DNA of 58,506 nt, filler included, from Sphacelaria rigidula (GCA_964200075.2; 7 parts of 7 records of this genome joined end to end with filler, not necessarily neighbours in it); one strand, 5' to 3'; shown: positions 1 through 13,639, counted from the first letter of the whole stretch. The notes: generated by a model from the sequence alone, not told the origin. Numbers and translations: made by a program.

Positions 1-3000
1 CTCCGTCCCGGCTTTGTAGGGATGCGAGGTCAATGGTCTGATGACTATGGCAGGCATGATCATGAGTACACCCCCTATCGTAGGATGACTCGTTCATTGA
101 TCAATTTCTTGCCCGAAAGTTAACAGAAAATATTAAGAAAAATCAGGACAACTTTAATTCTCGAAAAAATGCCCTCCGGTATCTGAGGTCATCGGAACAG
201 AACGGGCAAAGGGCAGAAGCAGATATATACGAACCCCACAAAGCCCACCAGACTTTTCGGTTTTTGCCAGCGTTTATTGATCAATGTCTTGTAACAGTGC
301 TTATTGATCAATTCCTTGCGACAAACTTGACAAAAAAAATCGAAAAACTCATGACAATTTTCGAAAAAATGCCCTCCGGGAGGGGGGGGGCTACGTGTCC
401 GAAAATTCTTTCCGCGCTGCCCTCTGGTTTGAAACAGAGCTATTTTCGCCGCATTCTTCGCCGAAAAAGCACTTGGCATTTGCCTGCTCGTTGCTGTCTC
501 GGCGTGTTCTGTTGATTACACTTACTCTTTTCAGAGGTCCTGCCTGTACTGTCTGTAGAGGTGTTGCAAGTACCGCGGTCAGAGGTGTTGCCGGTGCTGT
601 GTGTACCACCCGATACTCGACGTACTACTCTGTGCCGTGCCCCGACCCCCCCCCCCAGCCCCTACACCCACCACTGGTGGATATCTTCGCCGTAGGTGTT
701 ACTCCAGAAGCGACCAGGGCGTGGACGTGTTCGTCGAGTTCGGCGTTGTCAAACACGGAGAAGAGTGCTCAAATTTGTTCCGAAAATCCGGGGACAGGTC
801 AATTTTATCCCCGAATTGACTCTCTTCCCTCTTTGGTGCCGGAAAGTGATGCATTATGAGGAATTGTGATGCATTGCGATGCTGTCATGAAGACGCATAA
901 TAGCCTATTGATGCCGCTTCAGACCCGTTGTCGACTCTGGCTATGGCTTGCTTTTGTTTCGGTAGACAAGGCTGCAGGTCGGTTCAGAGTTGGTCGGGTA
1001 CGAATGTGAACCTGTATAATCACAGGGATGATACTAGGTTTGGTCGCTGTCCCCACGACCAAAGCCCCCCCATCCTCCGCACTACCAACTACTCCTCTAC
1101 TGCTTTCCAGCAAAAGAAGTCTAAACGTCGGTGAGACGTATTGGATTGGGTTGGATTGATTGAGTGAGTACTGGAGTTAGAATCGAGATAACCTAGGAGA
1201 AGTGAAGAACCTATTTGCGTGAAACCTCGTCTGATATTTGGGTGCTGAGCAGGTCACACGATATCTACAAGTTGTAGCAGCCTGACGGTTGTACACTTGC
1301 CTGCCAAGCTTGTGCCTTGGGTTGCAAGCTGTGTCCTTGCATTATACTACCGCTTGCTCTTCATTACGTTGGCGTTTGACTAAGGAGCTTCTTCTTTGGC
1401 TATTGCGTTTCCTTCTTGTCCTGATTTGTATCCCTGCTGCCCAGCTGTGTAGCCCCAGCTTTTTGATCATTTTTGCCCCCTCTCGTTTCCTTTGGGACAG
1501 TTATAGTCGAATCTATCGCCTCGATAGTCAGTAGCTTCTAAAAGCTTCTGCCCCGTGTGTCCCTCGGTAAATAGTGACCGTGCCCTGCTACTTACAACCT
1601 GCTGTAGTGCTTGACTGCACATTGCACATTTTGTGCTACGTGGGGTCAACGCGCACTGCTTGCTATTCTTGCCGTGCTGTCAATTTTGATATCACCTGCA
1701 CAAGACCGCACGGTATCAGTTCCGACTGCACGTTGTGAATCTCTTCGTGATTCATTTAGCCAGGCACGATCAACGCGCCAAGCCATCGTTGGCTCGTGTA
1801 TTTGGTCTTGTGGCCCCCTTTCAATTTGCTGAATACGTCTTCTACTACAGGTTTGTACAGAACACCACAAAGGCGCACCGTTGTTCAAAGCCAGCCGCTG
1901 TCCCTGCCCTGAGCTCCTGCCAAGTCAGCACGCTGCTGCTCTTATTTTTTCCGATTGTATGCGACTGTTGTATCTTTCCGTCACGAAATTACTGAACAAG
2001 TACAACCCGTGCTCCCACCTTGTGACACCGGACATCTGTCACGAAATTTTGACCAGTTTCGGCACTTTAACTTCGTCGCTTGTAGCTACTTTGTTGTTGT
2101 TGTAGCTTTAGCTTCATTGTTCGTGGATACTTTGTTGTTTTTGCCCTCTTCTGTACTTCGCGCAACCGTAAGGCAACGCGGTACATCACAGTGGTAAGTA
2201 AAAATACACAGCACAACGTACTGTGAGTTTGTTTTTCTACCTTGACCCCCTCTCGATTGAACAAAAGTATTATTCCGAGACGGTATCGTTGCGATAATTG
2301 TCGTCGTATTTCAAACTTACGTTACGCGCTCATTTGAACAGACAGCACTCGAAACCAGTGCCCCTTGCCTGCGCACTATAATGTTTCGGCACCCGCTCTC
2401 AGCGTTGCCCCTGTTATGCACCACGTCACCATTGTTCCACATACATACGTCCCACATACATACGTTGCCCCAACTCCGTTGGGTAACAAGCCTTCGCTCT
2501 GCACTACGCAGTCCGATTTCGCGGTCTACAACCCAAGCTTTGTAAAAGCTTTTGTGCCCCCTCACGCTGCACAATTTTCGTGCGCATCTGAAAAAACGAA
2601 AACTTTCATTTGCATAACGCCAGTCGTCCCTCAGCTTGTACCGGGATAATACAGTTATCGTCTGCCGTGACGCTACACCCGGAAAACGTGTGAGTTTCAC
2701 GACTTCCACGCGCCAACGCTGCTACAGACAATGGGGTCTTCGCTTTTCGTCGACGACATACGTCTGTTCTGTGCACAATGCCGAGCTCCGTTGATAGCTC
2801 TTACCGCCACAGCTTAAAAAAAATGTATTAACCAGACCCCGGACATAGGTGTTACATACAGCAATTCGCTTGAACAAATTACTCAAGTACACCGGGTCCC
2901 ACGGTCCCCTCACGCGCTATTAGGCTTCATTATCCCGTGTTTCCGGATACAAGCTTCGGCTTTTGCACGTAGCATCTCTTGGTGTCACGCTCCTTTAATT

Positions 3001-3278
3001 AGAGCTCGCAGACCAGACACACTGCACCTGCCTCTTTGAAACAAAGGCTGCGTTCCATCATAATGTCGCACAGAAATAACGCTGGCTCTTCCCCTCAATT
3101 GGGAAACCAACGGCTTCGCCGGACCCGGAGTCAAACTACTGGCGGTTCGCAATCCCTTAAGATGAGTGGCACGTCACCTTCAACTCATCGCCGCACGTAT
3201 GCCAGCGCTGTTTGATCTTCAGGATCTGAAGACCAGCTTTCGAGCGAAGCTCATTCTTCAAGGCTTGAAGACAAGACT

Positions 3279-4514
3279 TTGACGCCGAGACCTGTTCTCT
3301 CACGTTCCGACCCGAACTCAGAGAACATGGTAATGCAACCAGCCGAGTCATTGGTTCCTGACGGGCATGTCAGTGAGCCCATAACGGTGGATTCCGTCGC
3401 ACACCCCTCGCTGGCGCCTGCTCTCCCGAATCCCAATGTGGAATCCGGAGTTAGCATTGTGCCCTCAGTCGAGTCGTTGCCCCTGGACACACGTGTCCAG
3501 CTTGGCCCTGTCACCGTTGCTCCAACCATGGCGTCCCGTCGCATGACGACTGACAACTCTCGAGACGATTCTGTCCCGACGAAGCGCATCGCTTCTGGAG
3601 CAAGAGACTTTGTCACACGGGCTGCTTCAGTTACGGACCCCCTTCGCACGACTCTCGATAGTCCCATGCGCCCTACTGCACAGTCCAATGTCGGACCGGC
3701 AGTTGCGGCCATGCATGCTGCCATGCAAACTCTGCATCACACCTCCTCGGCGTCGTCGCCATCGCCAGCGCCAGCTCCCATCGAGGTATTTACGGATTTT
3801 TGCCACGCAACGCTCCAAGATTAATCGGCGTCTGCTCATGTGCAATTCAATGATGATTCTGCACCTGCCACGCCCAAACCTGTACGTCTGGCGTCCCGTT
3901 CGGCGACATCGCGCCCCCCGTTCGTCACTCATGATAAATTCAACGAACATGAGTCCAGCCCTTCCTCAACGTCGCAGCAGAGCCTTACTCGCGCTTCTGA
4001 CCGGCGCAGCACACCAAGACTTGGTCACGACCACGTCTCCCGTTATGGCAGTTCTAAGGGCAACTCCCAGCAAAGCTTGAATTCATGGCGCGTTTCAACA
4101 CGTCCGAAGAACGTCCCTCGTGGTTACACTTACAACGGCGGCTCACGTCACAGCTCCAACTCATCACGCGCTCCGCAGCGCCCGGTGAATGCTAACAGTG
4201 AACGTATTCACGAGGATGCCTTGCGGCGCAGATCAAGGTCTTCGCGCGTTAACTCGCGCTCGAAAAACACCGATCATGCACCCTCGCGCATCTTTCTGCT
4301 CAGCAATTGTCACACAGCCGTCATGTACGCAATGATAACACTGTACGTATATGCTGATGATATCCAAACATATTTTCGGACATGTCACCGGCTCCGGAAT
4401 CCTCAATTGAGGGATCCGGCCGCACCTCATCGCACAGCCGACGACCACGCACTGACCGCGAACCACCGTCCCGGTCCGACGCTGCGCTTATTCGTTCTCT
4501 GCAACAACGCTTGA
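3279..4514 (+). pseudogene. Low-complexity S/P/R-rich ORF upstream of gag, split by one in-frame TAA (3822-3824); probably part of the retroelement
   Basis: ORFs 3279-3824 and 3840-4514 share a frame and are separated by a single stop; the 3' end overlaps the gag start; no recognisable domain. Confidence 0.35.
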
Positions 4515-7500
4515 CAGATCTCGAACGACAACTCGCAACAGCAACCATGGACACCAAATGCACTACCGCTGCTGCTAAGCCTACGAGGGAGACCACCAGC
4601 GCTCCCACTACCGCCGCAGCCGCCACTACCGTAGTCACTGCGCCTTCTGCCGCAGCCACTGCAGCCACGGCCCCAACTCCTGCTGCCGCCCAGCCTGCAG
4701 TAGACACAGATGCGGATAGTGGTCCAACCACTGGCCCTGTCGGGGACGTCTCCGTGCGCTCGCCTCCTTCGATGGAGGATCTTCCTCCGCTCGGCGACGA
4801 GCATTTCCCCACCGGGCTTCTGTTGAGTTTATTCAGGGACAGCCCACGCGCGGAACAAGAAAAGCTCATTCACGACTACGCGTCCCAAGCACCGGCGCTA
4901 GCCCGCAACATACTCGACCAGCAACGAGATGCTGACAAGGCTACCGCCCGCCTCCTTTTGGAGGAACATGCTGCCAAGCTGGAGGGTTTTCAGCGACAGG
5001 CTTCAATTGCCCAAGCTACTAACACGGTGCCGCCCAAGGCATTGCAGGAAGGGCAGACTGCAGCCTTGACGGCACAGAGGGGGGTTCGCGAGCTACAAGA
5101 TCATGTTCGGCGCACTACGCAAGAAGCAGATTCGTCGATGGCGCGGGTGACCCACCATCAAGCCTCCTCGCGGCCTTCCACCGACCACTTGCTGGACGCT
5201 CGACCTCTTCGACAGCCCACGCCCACCAGGTCGGACTACGTTATACGACGTAAGTCCGACAGGGCGGCCGCCGCCGCCCCCACGGCGCCTCGTGCATCTG
5301 GCCCGGAGGTCACTGCCGGCCCCACCACAGGCCTGCAACTTGCACCACACGACCGAGTGTGGCTTTCTCGGTCTGCGGCCGACTATACCGGCCCCTTCCA
5401 GCGAAACAACCACCTTCATTGTTCCCGCCACGCTTGGAACGCCATTTCCCAACGCATGTTAGCCGTTATTGGTGGCTACATGGAACAGGGCGGCTTCTTC
5501 CCGGACGAAGGCGTGTCGGCGATCACCTTGAGCCAACTGGTCCTTCAGGCGACTATCGGCGATAGTCCACATCTCCAGCGTTACGTTGACATTGTCACAG
5601 GTCTTTTTGCGGCGCTACGCGCCGCCTCTAACTCTGATCCCGCCGCGCCTCTCCCCGACGATAACGAAGAAGAGGATGGGTGGACCACTACGACCTCCAA
5701 TTGCCGGGGCCACAAGAAGACTCACCGTCGCGATGACGATGACAACAATGGCGGGAATTCACGCCGCCGCCATGGCTATGGAGGATCCTCTTCGGGCGGT
5801 TCCGGACCAAACCGCCCGCCTCGCAAACCGAAAGGCAAGAACACCGGAGGTACCTCGTCCGGATCATTCGCAACGGCCTGGAACCGGTCCGGTACAGACC
5901 TTCCCCCCACGGGTTCAGCGACCCGAAGGCAAGTGACTCCCGTATTGGCTGATGTTTCGGCCCGCATTTTAGGTGTGTCCGATACGGACACACCTGACCG
6001 TCCTTTGTCTTCTACTGCAGCCCGTGTCTTAGCAACCGCTGCGGCTGACAAAGAACATTCTGAAGCTAGCAAAAAAGTAGCTTTCGATAGAGCTGAATCT
6101 GCCCGAGTAGCTGTAATTCAAAGACAGTATATTCAGATGGATGTGAAAAAACTCTGGCACGTCGAAATCATGCCCGCCGCGGATAATGAAGACTCGGGTC
6201 AGTTTACTTCTGCCCTTATCACGTCCATCCGCCGTACTGTTTGTAACATCTTTCACTTGGCGGATGTGACTGGCACACAACGTTTCGAAGATTCCGACTG
6301 GGTAGAGGGCTGGCAGACTCCCTTGCACAAAGCAATGCATCGATCGATCAGCCGCCGCTCTCCCGACCTCGCTGCTTCTTTAACGCAGGTTCTCGACGGA
6401 TTCCTCGCGGAGATGGATCCGGATCGTTCCCAAGGAGAGACAGGCCCGATATTGCTCTCTGATTTGGAAAGGCGCCTCATAGGCTACTTTGACAAAAGTC
6501 ACCAAGCCAGTGCCATCCAGAGGCTGAGTTCTTTTGTCGTCGCATCTGATGTCCCCTTCGCAGATTGTTTCCGTGAATTTAAGCTTTTGGTTTCGGGTAC
6601 GACGTGTGTCGGACGTCAGAACGGACCGAGTGACGCAATGTGTCAGACTTACGTTCGCAATAGCGTTGCTCAACAGTATCCGGCTCTGATGCCGTCGTTG
6701 TTTCCGGGTGTTTTGGCGCATCGCGAGGTGCCTTACGCCTCCATTGATACTATGTGGTCTGCTTTCGTACACCAAGAGGGTAATCTAACGCCTGCCATAC
6801 GTGGCAAACCTTCTGCGTCTGTGCATTCAAAACCTACGGTTGTGTCCTCCGCCCATGCCCAAGGGGCTCGTGGCAGGAATTCGAGCTCGTCTCGCGCTTT
6901 ATGGACCCCAGACTCAGTCGCCGGTTCAGCTATGCATGCTCAGAGTACCAGAGATGCATTTAGCGCGAGTTTTGACGGTTGGCCGTTTTCCGAGGAAACT
7001 TGGGATGATGTTTATTTGACTTCAACAACGGCATTCATAACCGATGATCCCCATTTGTGAAACCCACTTCTTTCGTCTTCCGCTAGACGCAATGCCTTCA
7101 GCAGTTACGCCAACAGTTGCACCAACTGTAGTGTTCAAGGCCACAGCATGCGCGACTGTGACAGTCCATGCATCAATGCCCTCGATCTCATGAACCCTGA
7201 ATTGCAGGACAATGAACCCGCGTGGCGCCAATTGCAAGAACGCATGCGCGACTATCGTCCACCAAATCAAAATTACCGCAACAATTCGAACCAACGTGGC
7301 AACAAAAGCTCTAATCGCGGTCGCCGACACAACAACAATCACGGAAGCCCTCGCCAGACCGATCAAAATTCTCGCGACAACAAACGTTCCGCTGATAGAC
7401 ACAAGCGGACGGGACCGACACAAAGTTCTAAACCCCAACACCAGAAACCCTGGTACCTTCACTACGGATCGCTTAGATCCATGACGTGCCGACGCCGGCG

Positions 7501-7618
7501 TTCTTCGGTCTTTCACGCCGTCGATAGCTCGAGCGAAGACTTTTTCAACACAGCCCACGGAGTCCGTGTCAAAAATTGCTCACTCGACTCCCCCGGCACT
7601 ATCCAGGAGCGTAACTGA
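4382..7618 (+). mobile_element. Retrotransposon Gag-like polyprotein (LTR Ty3/Gypsy or DIRS/Ngaro type), intronless, with a CCHC zinc knuckle after an in-frame TGA at 7058-7060
   Basis: 892-aa intronless ORF; the same frame continues ...DDPHL*NPLLSSSARRNAFSSYANSCTNCSVQGHSMRDC (CX2CX4HX4C), then an N/R-rich basic tail to 7618. Confidence 0.75.
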
Positions 7619-8273
7619 CGGCCGTTCATATCGACCTCCGTCTCGAACCTCCACACAGTTTTCGAAACAGCCCGCAGAGCCCGCGACTAAGACTGCCCGC
7701 CCGGCTCTCCCAGCACTATGCAGGAGTGCAACTGACGGCCGTTCAAATCGATCCCCGTCTTCATCCCTCCACACACTGCGTAACAGTTGTGTCACCCCGC
7801 GACTCAGACCCACACCCGCCACTGAACTTGGTCCTCCAGTACCGAGTATGAGTCTGAGGTGTGGGAAGACCAACCGCCAGTCCCTGAGGCAATGGCTTCC
7901 CTCAGCGACCGCACGCACAAGTAGCGGCAAGCCTTTTTCAACTGACCCAAGTGTTGCTGATTTGAACCTGACCACATCGGATCATGTAATTCCCAATCAG
8001 TTCGATCGAGCTCCTTTCCCGCGATTTTCAAGACGCACGGACCTACCTTCGGCCGGTTTTACTAACAACCACCCCAACACATCTTCGGCTATGCCCCAAC
8101 AGCCAAGCTTGCCTACAGAAAGCAGCCCACAAGTTTCGCTCCGTCCTGCCCCGATGCTGACCCCATCCACGCAACTGGACGCAGTTGTGGTTTCATCCCC
8201 AAATGTTTTGGAAGTTCCCCGACCTTTGTCACGGCGAAAGAGAAAGCCCCGTAAGCATGCCCCCAAGGACGCG
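7485..8273 (+). mobile_element. Second, overlapping ORF (+1 frame relative to gag), open to the contig end; possible start of pol/ORF2
   Basis: Open from 7485 to the contig break; contains a 39-aa (117-bp) imperfect repeat; no protease or RT motif reached. Confidence 0.4.
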
Positions 8274-8373
8274 NNNNNNNNNNNNNNNNNNNNNNNNNNN
8301 NNNNNNNNNNNNNNNNNTTAATTAATTAANNNNNNNNNNNNNNNNNNNNNNNNNNNNNNNNNNNNNNNNNNNN
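8274..8373. other. Artificial contig spacer
   Basis: N44-TTAATTAATTAA-N44 (stops in all six frames). Confidence 0.99.
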
Positions 8374-8445
8374 CTCTACCTTTGCCTTTGCCCACGCATT
8401 GATTTCTTTTTCGAATTCCTTGTCGAACTCCGTGCTTGTTTCTGG
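8374..8445 (-). mobile_element. LINE ORF2 fragment, same family as the 31140-33290 element
   Basis: Reverse strand reads PETSTEFDKEFEKEINAWAKAKVE, matching PKTNTKFDTVFEKEINAWAEANVE at about 33080-33150. Confidence 0.7.
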
Positions 8446-8468
8446 GGGGGGGGGGGTCATTGAGAGCA

Positions 8469-8631
8469 TGACGAAAATGGACAACATGACGGGCGAACAG
8501 GCTACTCTTCTACGCTTTCACAGGGAGCTTTCGAAAGTGCTGTCCGCTGCAGTAGCACCACCAGGGTCGGAGAGCAGGATACACAGGAGTGGTCGGACGG
8601 CCCGAAAGGATCTGCGTGTAGTGCCTACAAG
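8469..8631 (+). CDS. Candidate exon of an unknown gene (5' boundary uncertain)
   Basis: Open frame MTKMDNMTGEQ...DLRVVPT ending at a strong donor AAG|GTAAGC. Confidence 0.3.
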
Positions 8632-11600
8632 GTAAGCGTGGAAGTAGTCACATATTCTTGAACCATCACACTCTCGGGTCTGCCCCGACAATTGTCCGGA
8701 CCGCCACCTACCTCCCGACTCCCGCTTTGCTCGTGCGCCGGTCAAGACGTTCCGCTGAGTGTACGAAATTTATTTCCCGTGCTCCGTCCCGGGCATGGCG
8801 CTGGTACCACAATAGCGACAGCGTAGGATGCACGTTTGGGGCACGGCGGGCGGGAGAGGGGTCATGACCACTCGTGGCCACGCTAGCACGCTGCCCAATT
8901 ATCGAGACTGCACTTCGCAGTGACGATACTCAGCCGCTGGTCACCTTGCTACATTAAATCCCCCTTGACCCAACTCATTGGACATCCTGCGCAAGAGAAT
9001 CCGCCTATTTGGCAGGCGCCGGGAATGAGGAGGGGAGAGTGTATCGCGCGCCCTTACTGGTAGGTCGTTCACCACTAATCGTCGAGCAAACGGAGCCCAG
9101 AGCAACATGGAGAAAGTGAATACAAGCACCTTCTTGTGCACCATGACATATGATGCCACTACGAGGCGTTCATTCCAGCGTATCCTCGTGGGGGTAAAAG
9201 GAGGTTGGGCGACCCAATCACAAACAGCAAAACCCATACGCGCAGGGTTAGCCCACCGTGAAATTCACAGCTCAGTGCAGCACACGAAGATCATCAAGCT
9301 GGTGGAAGAATCGTCGATTTGAGGGACTCATGTACTGGGCCAACAATGTGCTAAACATCGTTCTTCACGTCATCGCAGGACGCTGACAACCTAAAGGGCT
9401 GATGTAGAGCTGAGGGCGCTCTCGAAAATGTAGTTCTGCCAGCGTTGGCGAGAAGGACTACCGCCGGCATCGCCTTCGGGTGTTGCAAAACGCAGCACAA
9501 GAACAGGCCGCGATCAGCTGAGCCACATCCCTTGTCAACACAATGTCGTGGAGTGAACTCCGCAAGCGAGGAGAATCAACTTGGGCGCGGCCACAAATAT
9601 ACCTCCTTGTGGTTACAAGCATCTCCACTATCATTTGTCCACGTGCACGATAGGGTTTAACGGCGACATGACAGTGGGATTACGTCACGATTTTTACCCT
9701 TACTTCCATAGTGGAAATGTTTGGCGTAGAAATTGGTCACTACTGATAGGGAATCGACCGACGGAGAGCCGGAAAAGCGAAATCAATAGATGTACTCAAG
9801 ATGTTCCAGCCCACCACTATTGAACACCGAAGCCTCTTGTGGGTGTGGGGAAAACACAAGATCTCAAGGTGGAAGCGAGCTACATCGTGCATGGATATGA
9901 CGTCACCGATGGTAGGAAACGACTGCCGACGGGAACAGCAAGCGCTCCAAATGGATGACGTCTTCAGCAGAACAAAAGTGACGAGGTGGCATCCCCAAGT
10001 GCCGGGTGTTCAAGGAATCGCGTACCTCGACATCGTCGGAGTCGCCTGCCTCGTAACTTTCCTTAGACGTTAACTGCGGGTTGTTCTTTCGCCCTGCGTC
10101 GACGCAAAACCTGCTTTGGGCGTATAATGGTCAGCGTCGTCAAGACATGCTAGCCTCTTACTCCGCGCCAAAAACATGTGGAATCGTACTTGGTCACGGC
10201 CGTATCGCACTAAAAGTCATGAGGATCACACTATACATAATGCAGCATATTTTACTCGAAACGGGCGAAACGCACGAGTGCGTCGTCGCGCTCTTGTGTT
10301 CGGTGGAAGTTAGTGTACACATGGACTTTCATCGCTGTTGAATACCGAGGAACTGAACGATGTTGGCACGCACCGCGATTACATCATTGTGTCTCTACTG
10401 TGCTTAGCGCGGCGAACCACGAGTAATCACCACATATACAGCTTTACTGGACATGCAGTCAGTGCATCAAGCCCTGCATACTACGCATTCACAGCGCGTG
10501 CATTCTTTCATGCTTGCGAAGAAATTGACGAAAGTCTTGAGGTTTCCTACGCTGTTCTTTTGCATGCGGTAGGACAAGTCAGCTAACGTGCAGATCGAAG
10601 CGCCGAATCCCGCCGTGTACCTCAATAGTGGTGTCACGCGTGGTGGGTATTGTGTGCTACACGCTTCGACGGATACCGACGGCACACAAAAAGACGCACG
10701 TTTCAGCTGCAAATCCATCGCATAAGCACAGAAAGCGATACCGACGAATACACGAAGGCAGTACAATGCAGCAGAAATGGATCTGGCGTTATGGTGACGT
10801 CTTTCCCTCTCCGTATATCTGCGCCGTATTGGCGTTCGTCCCTCGCCCCTACAGAGCTGGGAGGGTGATAGCTCTTACCCAAACACTGCGGTCCCCAGAT
10901 AACAGAATGGCCAACCTCTTCCGCGGAATTGCTTCTTTTGCGGGCACCTTCCTTACCTGAAGCTCTCGCTGCGGGGCCTACCGGGTGGGGTTTCGGGATC
11001 GGTACCAGATCTTTGCCCAGCGTTTTTTTAACCTGCTGCATATTCCTTCTTCTCCGTTTTTCCTAGGTTTAGCGGGTTTTATTTCTTCATTTTGCCTCTT
11101 CTTCCCGATTCCCCCTTTTCGGCGACTGTCCCCGTCTATTCATCACGGGTACGTGTATCTTGTGACCACGACGGAATTCGTATCGGATCAGTTACTGTAG
11201 TGTGCGATAATCGACTCATCAATCGACGCGATTTCATTGCTGTGTCGCTGCTACGTCGCCATCAACCTGGCGATTTTCGTGGGTGAGCACAAAAGTGCAA
11301 ACGCTAGCGTTTCTTCAGCAAGCCCCGTGAAACGTGAAGCACGAAATGGACATTTCGCGGTTCCTCACCTTGCGATCGGCCTCAGGTGCTGCTTCACGTA
11401 ATCCAGGAGCTGACCGGGGAAGCGTATAACTCTCTCAAACGCGGCCACCAGCCCGCCCCATACTAGCTGCAGCAGCTGGCGCAAAGGCATACTTTTCACA
11501 ATCTGTACACAGTGGCACGTGCGGAGGGGTCTACATCGATTCCCGCCACGATGAATAATAACTCCTGGTGTTTCGGTGATGCGGTGTGTGTCGACGTCGT

Positions 11601-12525
11601 CAGATTCCCACGCATGATATGTACGAAAGACCCGGGGAGCCTTCATGCCCGTCGTAGGACAGCTCAGATCGCCCTCAAACTTGGCGGTTCCGCAAGCATT
11701 TTTGCTCCAAATGGGCATTTGTATTGTTGACAACATGTTCAAGTTTTCGACTCTTTACCGGCTTCGAGGGTCTCGGCGTCAAGACCCCCTGAAGGCGGTT
11801 CAGAATACCTCAAAACAAAAAGGAATGAAAGTATGCCTCCCGGGGTAGTCCAAGGAACACCCGACCAATTCTTGGGGGCGAAACACGAAAGCCCCATACT
11901 CTCTCAACATATCCGAAATGGACACTTTCATACTAAAACCAAGTAGTGGAGAGATGGAATGTTTCAAGCTCACACCATCGCATTAAAGCGCAGAACGTCA
12001 CGCCGTCTTGACGAGACACGCCATGAAAATTAGCACACACATGCTTTGGATCACTCTGAGACTTCCGATGGACGAGGCTACTGAATTTTTGATTTTTCAC
12101 CGGTTTTCGGGGGTTCCACCACAGGGTCCAAGATCCTCGAGAAAAAGTTCTTGAAGACCCTGAGGCCCCCTAAGGCTGTTTCTTCCGGGTCGTATTTGGT
12201 TTGGCTCGTATTTTCCGCTTTTAGGACATTTGACAGTTTGATAAAAAAACCTCGTCCATCGACAGTTTCAGATTGGCCTATTACACATTTGTGCCAAATT
12301 TCAGGGTCTTAACTCTTGAAAACGGCGTGAAGTCATGCAGATGAATACGTTCACAGTGATGAACGTGAACCAGCCTGTACACCTGTGTCATCACTCACGC
12401 GCTCTCCTCGCGAAGCAGTGAAGATGTGCAGTACTCCTTTTGGTGTCGGTCTGCATGCATGTATCGACTGTTGCCATGACGGTATTGTATTTTCTGTACC
12501 ATATAGACTGATTTTGTGTTCATAG

Positions 12526-12638
12526 ACGGAGCAGCGGCGAACGCGCTCGGGGGGGAAACGCGTGCTGGGCGTCCGTCACTAACTCCGGCAGCATCAATCG
12601 TATCGCGCACGCCGAAACAGAGGAGCACCTGGGCCTTC
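12526..12638 (+). CDS. Candidate internal exon of an unknown gene
   Basis: T-rich tract with TAG acceptor at 12525 and GTAAGC donor at 12639; GC-rich; two of three frames open. Confidence 0.3.
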
Positions 12639-13639
12639 GTAAGCATGACACTATTATCGTACCTCACTCACCAGAGCTGGTTCGCCCTCTCAGCAGGAGA
12701 AATGCATCCTGAAAGCGCGATTCATCGGAATGCGACGCTCCAAAGAGCAAAGCACCGATTCCAGGTTGTGTCAAGGGAGATGCGGGCCTCACGGACGTGC
12801 CATCGACTTGTTTTTTGTTCTCTGTACTATTAACGGTTGCAGATAGCTACGCTGTACAGAAAAATTGCGCCGCTTATCGAGGAGGTACAATATACCTTGA
12901 TTGCGCCGCTGTCAACCCTCGTGATCCAAAAGCAATCTCTCCGCTATCCACGTGACGGTGGATAACACCCCATCCAGACTTCACGCTGCTATAACAGCTC
13001 CCCCCTACGCTACAGACAAGCAAATTAAGCCAAGTACCATTTCCCTGCAAGTTTTCTCCATCAAATTATCGAATGTAGGCTGTGTCAGGTGAAACGTAGA
13101 CGTTGGTGCCCAGATTAACGGGGCGGGTATCGGCATTTCCGGGGGTGCTCTGGCATTTCTGGGGGTGGTCTGCGCTATTCATGTTTGCTTCTCTGCTGGT
13201 GCTTGTGAACTCGCAGCCTTCTCGTTCCTTCCGCACATGCCATGATACGAAAGTCAGCCTGCGGGATCGCCGGTCCTATCGAATTACGCCTGAAAACGGA
13301 GACCGATAGGTGAAGAAGGAGAAATCTTGCTTTACGCTCGAATCCGCCGTAATGGGTGTGGTCCGCGGTTTCGCTGGTCACTTCTACTGCAAGCATACTC
13401 TCTGTGCTCCGAAGGGCCACCATCTGTGCTGCGCTACTGTTGTACGGTGGCTGCTGGAATAATATGTCACAGAAACAGGGCTGTTGCCAAATGTATGCTA
13501 GACTGCCATCAACAGTGCAAAGCTCTAGTCGACGTGTAGCTGTCAACATAGCAAAAACGCAACACCCGCGAGCTGCCATGCATTCCACCGCGTAAGGCGC
13601 ACAACAGGCGTGCTCGCAGATACACGGTAACAGTATACG

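Noticed and set aside
840..2300. Possible 5' LTR and primer-binding site of the contig-1 element (e.g. CGGTATCAG at 1711, CAGTGGTAAG near 2190)
   Set aside because: No second LTR in the contig and no convincing tRNA complementarity.
4321..6775. Several antisense ORFs over gag
   Set aside because: Expected shadow ORFs of a GC-rich coding region.
8900..11800. Many short ORFs in contig 2 as a possible viral or TE relic
   Set aside because: No recognisable motif or consistent frame; cannot be supported without a search.
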